64,000 nt of DNA from an uncultured Acidimicrobiales bacterium (GTDB lineage: Bacteria; Actinomycetota; Acidimicrobiia; Acidimicrobiales; SHLQ01), in contig CAYVHV010000012.1 of assembly GCA_964451305.1 (NCBI GenBank), positions 8,353 to 72,352 of the forward strand, written 5' to 3'. The notes beneath the pieces are model-generated. The model was not told the origin of the DNA and searched no databases. It worked only from the letters and a program-made list of their open reading frames with translations. Both the position numbers and the translations under genes were made by a program. Below, one piece after another: positions 1 to 8,302 of the stretch. Position 1 is the first letter of the stretch. The number at the start of each line of letters is the position of its first letter.

Positions 1-643
1 CAAGCCCGCGTCCACCGGACACGACAAAGGCTGCCTCATCGAGCTTTGGACCATCGCTCTCTTCGACGAAACGATCGATGACCTCAGCAGCACCAGCGGC
101 GCCAGAGTCGACGGTGTCGAGTACTGCCGCGCTCGCTGCGCCGCCACCGGTTTCCTCTGCAACGAAACTCTTTGGCCGGATCAACGCGATTTGGGCGACC
201 TCGCCGGTGAACTTGGTCTTGACGTTGGTCGTGCCACCGAAGACCGGGGATGTGCCGACGAGGGCATCTCCGTCGACGTCGAGGTCGACCAAGTTGCTGA
301 TCACCGGTGCGTCGAGAGCGACCGACAGACGAGCGGCCACATCGCGGCCGTCATAGGTCGTTCCTGCGAGCACGGCATCTGGACCGGTGCCGCCCTCGAT
401 CGCTCCAGCGATCGCCGCGGCGACGTGGACGCCCTGCAGACCTGCTCCGAGGTCCCCTGTCGCGTGGACGGTGCCAGCCCCATGAGCGCCAGCAGCGGTG
501 AGAACGGCATCGCTCGCTTCGCCACCGATGACAACATCGACCGAGTCGCTCAGCGTGCGCGCCTTGGCCAGCATTTCTGTGGAGAGGGTCGAAAGCTCAC
601 CGTCGACGACTTCTCCGTATACCCAAATAGTTGAAATTCCCAT
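1..643 (-). CDS. etfA: Electron transfer flavoprotein alpha subunit (N-terminal ~214 codons; C-terminus beyond window start)
   Basis: Absent from the ORF track because it runs off the window. Manual translation from ATG (rc of 641-643): MGISTIWVYGEVVDGELSTLSTEMLAKARTLSDSVDVVIGGEASDAVLTAAGAHGAGTVHATGD..., which is ETF-alpha-like. It starts 2 nt after the etfB stop on the same strand. Confidence 0.8.
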   Translation of the reverse strand, partial: MGISTIWVYGEVVDGELSTLSTEMLAKARTLSDSVDVVIGGEASDAVLTAAGAHGAGTVHATGDLGAGLQGVHVAAAIAGAIEGGTGPDAVLAGTTYDGRDVAARLSVALDAPVISNLVDLDVDGDALVGTSPVFGGTTNVKTKFTGEVAQIALIRPKSFVAEETGGGAASAAVLDTVDSGAAGAAEVIDRFVEESDGPKLDEAAFVVSGGRGL

Positions 644-645
644 GA

Positions 646-1425
646 TTAGAGCACCTTCAGTTCTTCAAGGAACGCAATGATGCGTTCGTGGGCATCGCCC
701 TCATCAACAATCTTCTCGCCAGCTTCGCGGGCCTCGGCCTCTTCGACCTCGATGATCTCTTGTCCAGATCCGGCCATTCCGACCGATGCTGGATCGATCG
801 ACAAATCGGCGAGCGTTACCTCGTCGACTGGCTTGGATTTCGCCGCCATGATTCCCTTGAACGATGGGTAGCGGGGTTCGACCACACCTGCGGTTACCGA
901 CACGAGGCACGGTGTTGGACAGGTGACCGAATCGAATCCGGATTCGGTCTGACGCTTCACCGCAACAGAGCCGTCTCCCACCTCGATCGACTTGGCAAAG
1001 GTCACCGATGGAAGACCCATGACTGCGGCGATTTGTTCGGGGACGGTGCCGGTGTATCCGTCGCTCGACTCGGTTGCTGCGAGGACGAGATCGGGTTCAG
1101 CTCGTGAGATCGCAGCAGCGAGCACCTTCGATGTGGAGAGCGCGTCGGAGCCAGCGAGCGCATCATCGCTCACCAAAATGGCATCGTCTGCACCCATTGC
1201 AAGCGCCGTCCGAAGGCCGGCCTGTTCTTGGTTGGGAGCCATGGACACGAGCGTGACCTTGCCTCCGCCAGCTGCCTCGACAAGCTGCAACGCCATCTCG
1301 ACTCCGTAGGAATCTGATTCGTCAAGGATCGGCTTCGAATCACGGTTCAGGGTTTTGGTGTCAGCATTGAGCGATCCGGTCTCGGCCGGATCGGGAATCT
1401 GTTTCACACATACGACAACGTTCAT
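646..1425 (-). CDS. etfB: Electron transfer flavoprotein beta subunit
   Basis: ORF 646..1539(-). MNVVVCVKQIPDP...LDESDSYGVEMALQL...GADDAILVSD is the typical EtfB/FixA N-terminus. Start trimmed to the internal ATG at 1425 (MNVVVCVKQ). Confidence 0.9.
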   Translation of the reverse strand: MNVVVCVKQIPDPAETGSLNADTKTLNRDSKPILDESDSYGVEMALQLVEAAGGGKVTLVSMAPNQEQAGLRTALAMGADDAILVSDDALAGSDALSTSKVLAAAISRAEPDLVLAATESSDGYTGTVPEQIAAVMGLPSVTFAKSIEVGDGSVAVKRQTESGFDSVTCPTPCLVSVTAGVVEPRYPSFKGIMAAKSKPVDEVTLADLSIDPASVGMAGSGQEIIEVEEAEAREAGEKIVDEGDAHERIIAFLEELKVL

Positions 1426-1657
1426 TGGCCTAATATGCCCCTTGTTCTGTTGACTTGTACGACCACATGCTCTGGCGTTGGCATTCTCGCCTCCGCCGTT
1501 GGCATGCCGGAACGATCTGGCCCCGGTCGTATTGATCAAGATAGTTGGACTTCCTACATTTTACCCAACCTTACCGGCCGGTAACTTAGACGAGAACATT
1601 GGAGCAAATGTTGAGAGGTCACACACAGCACCGACCGATGAGTTCGACGACATCAGC

Positions 1658-2608
1658 ATGAAGATCGTCCTTATCGCCAATGCTTCGGCCTCATCTGTCA
1701 CCGCACGAACGCGGGTCGTGATCCAAAAAGCGCTCTCGGCTGACCACGACGTCGAACTTCGAGAAACCGCCCGCCGTGGTCACGCAACACGAATTGCTAA
1801 AGGCGCTGCCGCCGAAGGCGTGGACATCGTTGCGGTCCTCGGCGGTGACGGCACGCTAAATGAGGCCGCCAACGGCATCGTTGGCACAAACACCGCGCTC
1901 GCCCCCATCCCAGGAGGATCGACGAACGTCTTCGCACGAACACTCGGTCTCCCAGAAGACCCCGTTCACGCAACCGCGTTAACCCTCGAGGCAATCGATT
2001 CACAATCGATTCGCTCCATCGGGCTCGGATCAGCAAACGAGCGCTACTTCCTCTTCCACATCGGCGTCGGGTTCGACGCGGCGGTTGTGGAACAGGTGGA
2101 GAAACGCGGACACCTGAAGCGATATGCCGGCCATGCGTTCTTCGCTTGGGCCGGATTCGACACCTGGGTCCGACACTTCGACCGAAAGAACCCACACTTC
2201 ACCGTCGAATACGACAACGGCGCGGTTATCGACGACGGCTACTTTGCCATCTGCCTAAACACCGACCCGTACACCTACCTCGGCACTCGACCGTTCACCG
2301 TCGTCCCCGGCGCAACGCTCGATACCCCACTCAGCCTCGTCACCCTCCGGTCCCTCAGCGCCTTCAATCTGACGAAACTCATGATGAAGAGCCTGTCCAA
2401 CCCCGACGGGGTCACAACCGGCCGCGGTGTCCATGTCCGCAACGACGTCACCTCCGCTCGAATCACGAGCGACACCGCATTTCCCTACCAACTCGACGGG
2501 GACTATCTCGGTGATGTCACCTCGATCGACCTTCGATGGCGACCCGATGCCATCCGCCTCGTCGTACCCGACGGACGCCACGTACCACGCCCTGACGACA
2601 TCCTCTAG
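1658..2608 (+). CDS. Diacylglycerol kinase catalytic-domain (LCB5/YegS-like) lipid kinase
   Basis: ORF 1478..2608(+). MKIVLIAN...VAVLGGDGTLNEAANGI...PIPGGSTNVFARTLG matches the DAGK_cat GGDGT motif. Start moved to ATG 1658. Confidence 0.8.
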   Translation: MKIVLIANASASSVTARTRVVIQKALSADHDVELRETARRGHATRIAKGAAAEGVDIVAVLGGDGTLNEAANGIVGTNTALAPIPGGSTNVFARTLGLPEDPVHATALTLEAIDSQSIRSIGLGSANERYFLFHIGVGFDAAVVEQVEKRGHLKRYAGHAFFAWAGFDTWVRHFDRKNPHFTVEYDNGAVIDDGYFAICLNTDPYTYLGTRPFTVVPGATLDTPLSLVTLRSLSAFNLTKLMMKSLSNPDGVTTGRGVHVRNDVTSARITSDTAFPYQLDGDYLGDVTSIDLRWRPDAIRLVVPDGRHVPRPDDIL

Positions 2609-2646
2609 CGCAGAACCCCGCCGCTAACGCAGAACCCCGCCGCTAA
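2609..2646. repeat. Tandem direct duplication, 2 x 19 bp (cgcagaaccccgccgctaa), with a third diverged copy continuing into the glpQ 3' end
   Basis: Read directly: 2609-2627 and 2628-2646 are identical. The unit contains the stop and last codons of the minus-strand gene (ctaacgcag). Confidence 0.9.
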
Positions 2647-3323
2647 CGCAGTGCCCGAACGGCGACATCGGGCACGTTCGTAATGATCCCAGCCACGCCC
2701 ATCTTCGCAAGCTCCACCATGCGGTCAGGGTCATCGACCGTCCACACGTTCACCGACAAGTCCGCCTCGTGAGCAGCAGCAATCCAACGAGACGAAACCA
2801 GCGTGTCCCACGGATTGATCGCACCATGTGAATGAGCCGTGACACGACCGATCGACACCTCAGGACCAACATCATCCATCGTGATCAACGCCGTGGGAAC
2901 CCGTGAGTCCCGGTCACGAACCGCATTGACCGCTCCCATATCGAATGAACTGATCAGACACTTGTCGGCGCTGAGCAGCTCACGAGCTGCGTCAAGAACA
3001 CCAGGCACCATTGTGTGCTCCGGATCGAAGCTCTCCTTCGCTGGATCGTTCTTAATCTCGATATTGACGCCCATATCACCGCACGCAGAAATTGCATCGG
3101 CCAGAGATGGAATGAAATCTGGAAGATCAGCAAAGGCCAACGTGGCCAGCAACTCCCCACTCTCCAACTCCTCATCGTGGAATACCGCGAGCTGCCCATC
3201 GGCGGTTTGCTGAACATCGAGCTCGACCCAATCCGCTCCAAGCTCGCGAGCGCCCACAAATGCTTCGATGGTGTTTTCGGTGAACGCCGCCGATGCGCCC
3301 CTGTGCCCAATGATCAGAGTCAT
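2643..3323 (-). CDS. glpQ: Glycerophosphodiester phosphodiesterase
   Basis: ORF 2643..3386(-). MTLIIGHRGASAAFTENTIEAF...ELDVQQTADGQLAVFHDEEL is the GDPD signature (HRG...E.D...HD). Start trimmed to ATG 3323. Confidence 0.85.
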   Translation of the reverse strand: MTLIIGHRGASAAFTENTIEAFVGARELGADWVELDVQQTADGQLAVFHDEELESGELLATLAFADLPDFIPSLADAISACGDMGVNIEIKNDPAKESFDPEHTMVPGVLDAARELLSADKCLISSFDMGAVNAVRDRDSRVPTALITMDDVGPEVSIGRVTAHSHGAINPWDTLVSSRWIAAAHEADLSVNVWTVDDPDRMVELAKMGVAGIITNVPDVAVRALR

Positions 3324-3561
3324 GGGTCCGAGCGTAGCGAAACCCAAACCCGAGCGACTGAGGCAAGTTGCCCAACTCGCGAGCAAGCCAACCGTTTTTC
3401 AACGATCTACCACCCACAAATTACACCGATGTAACACAGAAAGTGATCCTTCACCCACAAAGAGCGAGGAAATGCTTGCTACCGAGAGTGCCCGCATATA
3501 CATTCTGCGTAGCGAGTCACGTTCTGGGCATGCTGGGCGGCATGGGCATGGAACGGATTCG

Positions 3562-3906
3562 ATGCGTGGAGGAAACGTGTCAATCTCAATTGAAGACCCA
3601 GCGGTATTCCCAACTCGGGAATCCATCGAACCCAAGGTGTGGCGTAGCGACGCCGCATGCCGGGATACCGATCCCGATCTGTTCTTCCCTGTCGGCCAAA
3701 CCGGCCCGGCGATCGAACACATCGAGAACGCAAAGTCCGTTTGTCAAACGTGCGTTGTGCGAGTCGAATGCCTCGAATACGCGTTGATGACAAACCAGGA
3801 CGCCGGAATTTGGGGAGGCCTCACCGAAGACGACCGACGCAAGATTCGTCGTGAACGTCGTAAGGCCAACCGCGCTGCACAGGCAGCGATCCAAGCAAAG
3901 AGCTAG
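3562..3906 (+). CDS. whiB: WhiB-family transcriptional regulator (4Fe-4S)
   Basis: C-terminal part of ORF 3268..3906(+). WRSDAACRDTDPDLFFP...AKSVCQTCVVRVECLEYAL...GIWGGLTEDDRRKIRR gives the four-Cys and GIWGG motifs. Start is uncertain: ATG 3562, or in-frame GTG 3577 preceded by GGAGGA. Confidence 0.85.
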   Translation: MRGGNVSISIEDPAVFPTRESIEPKVWRSDAACRDTDPDLFFPVGQTGPAIEHIENAKSVCQTCVVRVECLEYALMTNQDAGIWGGLTEDDRRKIRRERRKANRAAQAAIQAKS

Positions 3907-4766
3907 TCCGGTACCGAGAAATCGAGTTGAAGCGCCAGGTCGTAGACCTGGCGCTTCTTCGCGTTTGTCATCGCCACGACCGTCTCCACCGCATCGCGCC
4001 GAGTCGCCCCACCATCGGCCTCTCGCTCAAGTGCCCGGAGAAGCGCTTCTGGCGAAGCATCGACTGGAGTCGCTCCGGACAGAATGAGCACGAACTCACC
4101 CCGCGGCTCGCGATCCTCGAAGTGAGCAATCGCCTCATCGAGGGATCCCCGCCATACCTCTTCAAACCTCTTTGTTAGTTCGCGGGCAAACACGATTTGC
4201 CGTCCACCACCGAGCGCTGCGGCCAAGTCCGTCAACGTTCGAACCAGTCGATGTGGAGCCTCGAACAACACGACCGTCCGAGATTCGTTTGTGAGTTCGC
4301 CAATTCGCTGAGATCGCTCGGCTCCTTTCCGGGGAAGGAAACCGTCGAAGCAGAATCGGTCGGTAGCAAGACCGCTCACCACAAGCCCGACGAGCACCGC
4401 GCTCGCACCGGGGATGGCCTCGACACGCTGCCCCGCGTCTATCACGGCCTGGACGACGCGTTGTCCCGGATCCGACACGGCCGGAGTTCCAGCGTCGGAT
4501 ACCAGCACGACCGTCTCACCCCTGCCGATTCGAGCGACAACCTCGGCGCTCGCCGAAGCTTCGGTGTGCTCGTTGCACACGATGAACGGATCGTGAGCAA
4601 TCCCAAAGTGAGCAAAGAGCGAACCGGTCCGTCTCGTATCTTCACAGGCAACAGAATCCGCGTTCGTCAACGCTTCGATCGACCGCGGCGACAAATCTCC
4701 AAGATTGCCAATGGGGGTCGAGACCAACACGAGTGACGGCTGGCGTTGCTCTCCTATATCGCTCAC
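3903..4766 (-). CDS. rsmI: 16S rRNA (cytidine1402-2'-O)-methyltransferase
   Basis: ORF 3903..4766(-). LVLVSTPIGNLGDLSPRSIEALTNADSVACEDTRRTGSL is the tetrapyrrole-methylase-fold RsmI N-terminus. GTG start overlaps the stop of the upstream DUF192 gene (GTGA). Confidence 0.85.
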   Translation of the reverse strand: MSDIGEQRQPSLVLVSTPIGNLGDLSPRSIEALTNADSVACEDTRRTGSLFAHFGIAHDPFIVCNEHTEASASAEVVARIGRGETVVLVSDAGTPAVSDPGQRVVQAVIDAGQRVEAIPGASAVLVGLVVSGLATDRFCFDGFLPRKGAERSQRIGELTNESRTVVLFEAPHRLVRTLTDLAAALGGGRQIVFARELTKRFEEVWRGSLDEAIAHFEDREPRGEFVLILSGATPVDASPEALLRALEREADGGATRRDAVETVVAMTNAKKRQVYDLALQLDFSVPD

Positions 4767-5116
4767 GTAGGTGAGATCGAGCCAGGCTCGTCACGGATTT
4801 CGAGTTGTGCTCCCGGTTCAACATTCCAATGGTTGAAGCGGCCCGCCGTCGTTTCGATCGCGCATGCGGCGCCGAACTCCACCTTAGAAACACGGTGTTT
4901 GGGCATCGTGACGATTCGCAGCACCTTCATCTCGTCGTCGCAGAATGCAACATCGATAGGGAACTTCATGCCGATCGTGTGAACGCTTTTGGTCTTGTCG
5001 AGCAACAACGCTCCATCGATTTCGTTGCGCCCGAGCAAGCCCAGTGTTCGCGAGCGCACCGAGTCGGCCCGTTCGACCGATGCCAAAACCGTGCCCTCAT
5101 GGAGAAGCCATGCCAT
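4763..5116 (-). CDS. DUF192-family protein
   Basis: C-terminal part of ORF 4763..5389(-). MAWLLHEGTVLASVERADS...RTLGLLGR...LLLDKTKSVHTIGMKFPIDVAFCD resembles DUF192/COG1430. The longer ORF overlaps ychF and was trimmed to ATG 5116. Confidence 0.65.
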   Translation of the reverse strand: MAWLLHEGTVLASVERADSVRSRTLGLLGRNEIDGALLLDKTKSVHTIGMKFPIDVAFCDDEMKVLRIVTMPKHRVSKVEFGAACAIETTAGRFNHWNVEPGAQLEIRDEPGSISPT

Positions 5117-5185
5117 GGGCGAGAGCTTAGGACTTGTGAGCACCAGGGAACGAATGCAGCACCCGCCGGTAAGCTCGTGAACCGT

Positions 5186-6259
5186 ATGGAACGATTTGGA
5201 TTCGTTGGACTCCCGAATGCGGGAAAGTCCTCTCTCTTCAACGCACTCGCAGGTGGCGGCGCTCTCGCCGCCCCTTACGCGTTTGCGACCACCGACCCGA
5301 ACGTTGGAGTAGCCAAGGTCTTCGACTCTCGGCTCGACGCACTTTCCGAGATGTCCAATTCGAAGAAAGTCATTCACGCGAGTGTCCAATTCAATGACAT
5401 CGGCGGGCTCGTAGAGGGAGCGAGCCAGGGTGAGGGTCTCGGCAACAAGTTCCTCGCAGGCATCCGCGAAGTCGACGCCATCGTGTTCGTACTGCGAGCG
5501 TTTCCCGACGACGATGTCCCTGGTCCGACGGATCCCTTAGAACACCTCGGTGTTGTCGAAACAGAACTCGCGCTCGCAGACCTCGATACCGCAGAGAAGC
5601 AGCTCGAGAAAGTTGGCCGAGCGGCCCGAGTCGACAAGTCGAAGGAAGGCGAGACGGCCCTTCTCGAGAAAGTCGTCGAGCTGCTTAGCGACGGAACTCC
5701 GCTCTACAAGAGCAGCCTGACCGACGATGAACGCGAGGAATTGAAGCCATTCTTCTTCCTGACGAACAAGCCGGTTCTCGCCGTCGTCAACATTGGCGAA
5801 GACCAACTCGAAGAGGGCGACGCCCTCGCCGCGCCGGTCAGTGAAGCATTGGGCGGCGCCGAAGTGGTTGCAACGTGCGTGCAGCTCGAAGCCGAAGCTG
5901 CGCTTCTCGAAGACGACGAGCGAGCCGAGATGCTCGAGGGGCTCGGCCTAGGCGAAGGCGCCATGCCACGGTTTATTCGAGCTGCGTACGAGCTCATGGG
6001 ACTTCGCACTTACCTCACCACCGGCGAGAAAGAGACCCGGGCTTGGACCTTCCGTGCCGGATCGACCGCACCACAAGCCGCCGGGGTCATTCACACCGAC
6101 TTCGAACGAGGCTTTATCCGAGCGGAAACCATCAACTGGGACGAGCTCGTCACCGCTGGATCCTGGGCAGCTGCCCGAGACAAGGGCTTGGTCCGCTCCG
6201 AAGGCAAGGACTACATCGTCCAAGATGGCGATGTTATGGAGTTCAGATTCAACGTCTAG
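5186..6259 (+). CDS. ychF: Ribosome-binding ATPase YchF (Obg-like GTPase family)
   Basis: ORF 4805..6259(+). From MERFGFVGLPNAGKSSLFNAL (P-loop) to the C-terminal TGS region ...FERGFIRAE...EGKDYIVQDGDVMEFRFNV. Start moved to ATG 5186. Confidence 0.9.
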   Translation: MERFGFVGLPNAGKSSLFNALAGGGALAAPYAFATTDPNVGVAKVFDSRLDALSEMSNSKKVIHASVQFNDIGGLVEGASQGEGLGNKFLAGIREVDAIVFVLRAFPDDDVPGPTDPLEHLGVVETELALADLDTAEKQLEKVGRAARVDKSKEGETALLEKVVELLSDGTPLYKSSLTDDEREELKPFFFLTNKPVLAVVNIGEDQLEEGDALAAPVSEALGGAEVVATCVQLEAEAALLEDDERAEMLEGLGLGEGAMPRFIRAAYELMGLRTYLTTGEKETRAWTFRAGSTAPQAAGVIHTDFERGFIRAETINWDELVTAGSWAAARDKGLVRSEGKDYIVQDGDVMEFRFNV

Positions 6260-6350
6260 GACGCTCTGATCAGGGTCATCGATCACCCGCGAAAAATCCA
6301 TCTCCGAAATCTCGCGACTTCTTTCGTCCCTGATCCGTCACTACATCTGT

Positions 6351-6396
6351 AAGCGCTGCAGGTAACCCGCCACCTGCAGCGTTTACGTTTTTTCGT
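6351..6396 (+). terminator. Rho-independent terminator downstream of ychF
   Basis: Stem gcgctgcaggt (6353-6363) pairs with acctgcagcg (6372-6381), loop aacccgcc, followed by tttacgttttttcg. Confidence 0.75.
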
Positions 6397-6477
6397 CAGC
6401 CGTCAAGCGCACTGCTCCGCCCTTCGAATTCGCGATTCTCGGCCGGAAGTCGACAGATACTGGCTATATTTATTCGA

Positions 6478-6567
6478 ATGTCGAAGCGCACTCAGAAGAA
6501 GAAGTTGAAGGCTCGCCGCTCGAAGGCCAACCACGGTCGCAAGCCAAACATGGGCCGCAACAGCTAA
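6478..6567 (+). CDS. Small basic protein resembling actinobacterial 50S ribosomal protein bL37 (29 aa)
   Basis: Below the ORF-track size cutoff. Manual translation: MSKRTQKKKLKARRSKANHGRKPNMGRNS. The K/R-rich N-terminus plus ANHG(K/R)(K/R)PN matches my recollection of mycobacterial bL37 (..KANHGKRPN..). Confidence 0.55.
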   Translation: MSKRTQKKKLKARRSKANHGRKPNMGRNS

Positions 6568-6648
6568 TTTGCTGTTCAGTCGTAGGACCGAGCATTCGTT
6601 TATGCTCGCCGCGCCAACATTCGAGCGCGTAGTTTTCGGATCCATGCC

Positions 6649-6795
6649 ATGTCCATAGTCGGCGTTTTCGCCATCGGCCTCATGGTTATCGTTCTCGCCA
6701 TCGCCATTTTCTCTCTCGTCGTGCTCGCGATCATCCCGATCGGCCGCTTCCTCGAAAAGCGCGCCATGAGACAATCCGAGGATGACCAGACCTAA
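6649..6795 (+). CDS. Small single-pass membrane protein (48 aa), hypothetical
   Basis: Manual translation: MSIVGVFAIGLMVIVLAIAIFSLVVLAIIPIGRFLEKRAMRQSEDDQT. One long hydrophobic helix with a charged tail. Not in the ORF track (<60 aa). Confidence 0.4.
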   Translation: MSIVGVFAIGLMVIVLAIAIFSLVVLAIIPIGRFLEKRAMRQSEDDQT

Positions 6796-6986
6796 CGGGT
6801 CTGCAGCAAACGCGCTCGTCGCGGGGTCCCGGAGCAGCCTCGAGCAACATTGAACGACCCACTTCAAAAGAGTTTTCGCGAATTTCACTCCCCGAATACT
6901 CCCTCGCCAGCGTATTGGGTAGTTTGTTGCCCGTTAGAGAGGCGGCCAACACGGGCCGCCTGCGCGACAAGCCGGAGGGGCAACTC

Positions 6987-8156
6987 ATGCGCAGAAATTC
7001 CAAACTCATCCTCGCGCTGATCTCAGTGCTCAGCCTGTTGGCGGTTGCATGTGGCAGCACGACTGACGCCGTCACCGATGCTGCAAGCGACGTGGTGGAA
7101 GAAACGACCGACGCTGTCGATGAAGCGACCGGAGGAGACGAGGGAGAAGACGAGGCTGTCGAAGCATCCGACGTCAGTGTCGGCCTCGTGTACGACATTG
7201 GTGGCCGTGGCGACCTCTCCTTCAACGACTCGGCAGCAGCTGGTCTCGATCGCGCAGAGGCCGATCTCGGCATTGGCTTCACCGACCTGTCGCCAAACGA
7301 CGATGGATCGAACCGCGGCGACCTCCTTCAGCTCGCCGCAGACGACAACCCGATCGTGATCGGCGTCGGCTTCTTGTTCGAGGGAGACGCTATTGCGACA
7401 GCAGCAGAGAACCCAGACACCAACTTTGCTGTCATCGACTCCGCCGTTCTCGACTTCGACCAGAGCCCTCCTGCTCCGTTCGGACCGAATATTGCAGGCC
7501 TCACCTTCGCCGAGCACGAAGGTTCGTACTTGGTCGGCGTCGCCGCTGCACTCACCAGCGAGACCGACACCCTCGGCTTTGTCGGTGGCGTCAGCGGCAT
7601 TGGCCTCATCGAGCGATTCGAAGCTGGCTTCCGAGCCGGCGCACAGTCGGTCAACCCAGACATCGAAGTGATCGTCGAGTACATCACCGCCGCCCCTGAC
7701 TTCGATGGCTTCAACCAGCCCGACCGAGCCCAGGTCATCGCAACCACCATGTTCGAAGACGGCGCAGACGTCATCTACCACGCTGCCGGCGGTGCTGGAA
7801 ACGGCATGTTCCAAGCAGCAGCAGACTTCACCGACGACAACGGCTCGAAGGTCTGGGGCATCGGCGTTGACTCCGACCAGTTCGAAACCATCGGCGCAGT
7901 CAGCCCTGAACTTCAAGAGTTCGTTCTCACCTCGATGCTCAAGCGTGTCGATGTTGCGGTCTTCGAAGTCCTTCAGGCGCAAGCCAATGGCGAGTTCGTC
8001 GCAGGAAACACCGTGTACGACCTCTCGGTCGACGGCGTTGGATACTCCACCACTGGAGGCTTCATCGACGACATCGTTCCTCAGATCGAAGAGGCCCGCG
8101 AGGCCATCATTGCGGGCGACGTCGTGGTTCCAACCGATCCAGCCGACCTCGGCTAA
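6987..8156 (+). CDS. BMP-family (PnrA/Med-like) ABC transporter substrate-binding lipoprotein, nucleoside-type
   Basis: ORF 6915..8156(+). MRRNSKLILALISVLSLLAVACGS is a signal peptide with lipobox; ...VGLVYDIGGRGDLSFNDSA... is the BMP family core. GGAGGGG lies 6 nt upstream of ATG 6987. Confidence 0.85.
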   Translation: MRRNSKLILALISVLSLLAVACGSTTDAVTDAASDVVEETTDAVDEATGGDEGEDEAVEASDVSVGLVYDIGGRGDLSFNDSAAAGLDRAEADLGIGFTDLSPNDDGSNRGDLLQLAADDNPIVIGVGFLFEGDAIATAAENPDTNFAVIDSAVLDFDQSPPAPFGPNIAGLTFAEHEGSYLVGVAAALTSETDTLGFVGGVSGIGLIERFEAGFRAGAQSVNPDIEVIVEYITAAPDFDGFNQPDRAQVIATTMFEDGADVIYHAAGGAGNGMFQAAADFTDDNGSKVWGIGVDSDQFETIGAVSPELQEFVLTSMLKRVDVAVFEVLQAQANGEFVAGNTVYDLSVDGVGYSTTGGFIDDIVPQIEEAREAIIAGDVVVPTDPADLG

Positions 8157-8169
8157 ACAACCGGCCTCA

Positions 8170-8204
8170 CGTGTGGCATGCGATATTGCCACACGCTGAT
8201 TTTC
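8170..8204 (+). terminator. Hairpin / partial terminator (attenuator) between the binding-protein gene and the ABC ATPase
   Basis: Perfect 9-bp stem cgtgtggca (8170-8178) / tgccacacg (8187-8195), then ctgatttt. The U-tract is weak, so probably partial termination. Confidence 0.5.
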
Positions 8205-8302
8205 GAGACCGGGCTCTCCCATTTCTCTCCTTCGGGAGCGATCGGGTAGGGTCCGGTCTCGGTCGTTTTACGCGGAGGGTTTGAAAGCGATATGACCAGA
8301 AC

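Noticed and set aside
3903-3906. Overlapping convergent stop codons (CTAG shared by whiB and rsmI; similarly CTAA shared by the PilZ gene and nth at 38283-38286)
   Set aside because: Real, but judged ordinary genome compaction. It implies overlapping 3' transcript ends and offers no evidence of a specific mechanism.
4805-5185. N-terminal extensions of several track ORFs, for example ychF as 484 aa; also 38664..39041, 38949..39257, 57970..58380, 3268..3561 and 1478..1657
   Set aside because: The extensions overlap oppositely oriented real genes or precede the conserved family N-terminus. Internal starts give proteins of canonical length with plausible RBS.
6403-6888. 161-aa minus-strand ORF in the gap between ychF and the BMP operon
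   Set aside because: No motifs, and an implausible composition. It overlaps two better-supported plus-strand mini-ORFs (the bL37-like ORF and the small TM peptide).
6796-6986. Possible riboswitch/leader upstream of the nucleoside-type ABC operon
   Set aside because: Only a 7-bp GC hairpin is visible (ggcggcc aacacg ggccgcc, 6941-6960). I could not recognise purine, 2'-dG or other riboswitch cores. A covariance-model scan (Rfam) would be needed.
7023-8222. 399-aa minus-strand ORF opposite the BMP lipoprotein gene
   Set aside because: Shadow ORF. The plus strand has a lipobox signal peptide, an RBS and the BMP family core.
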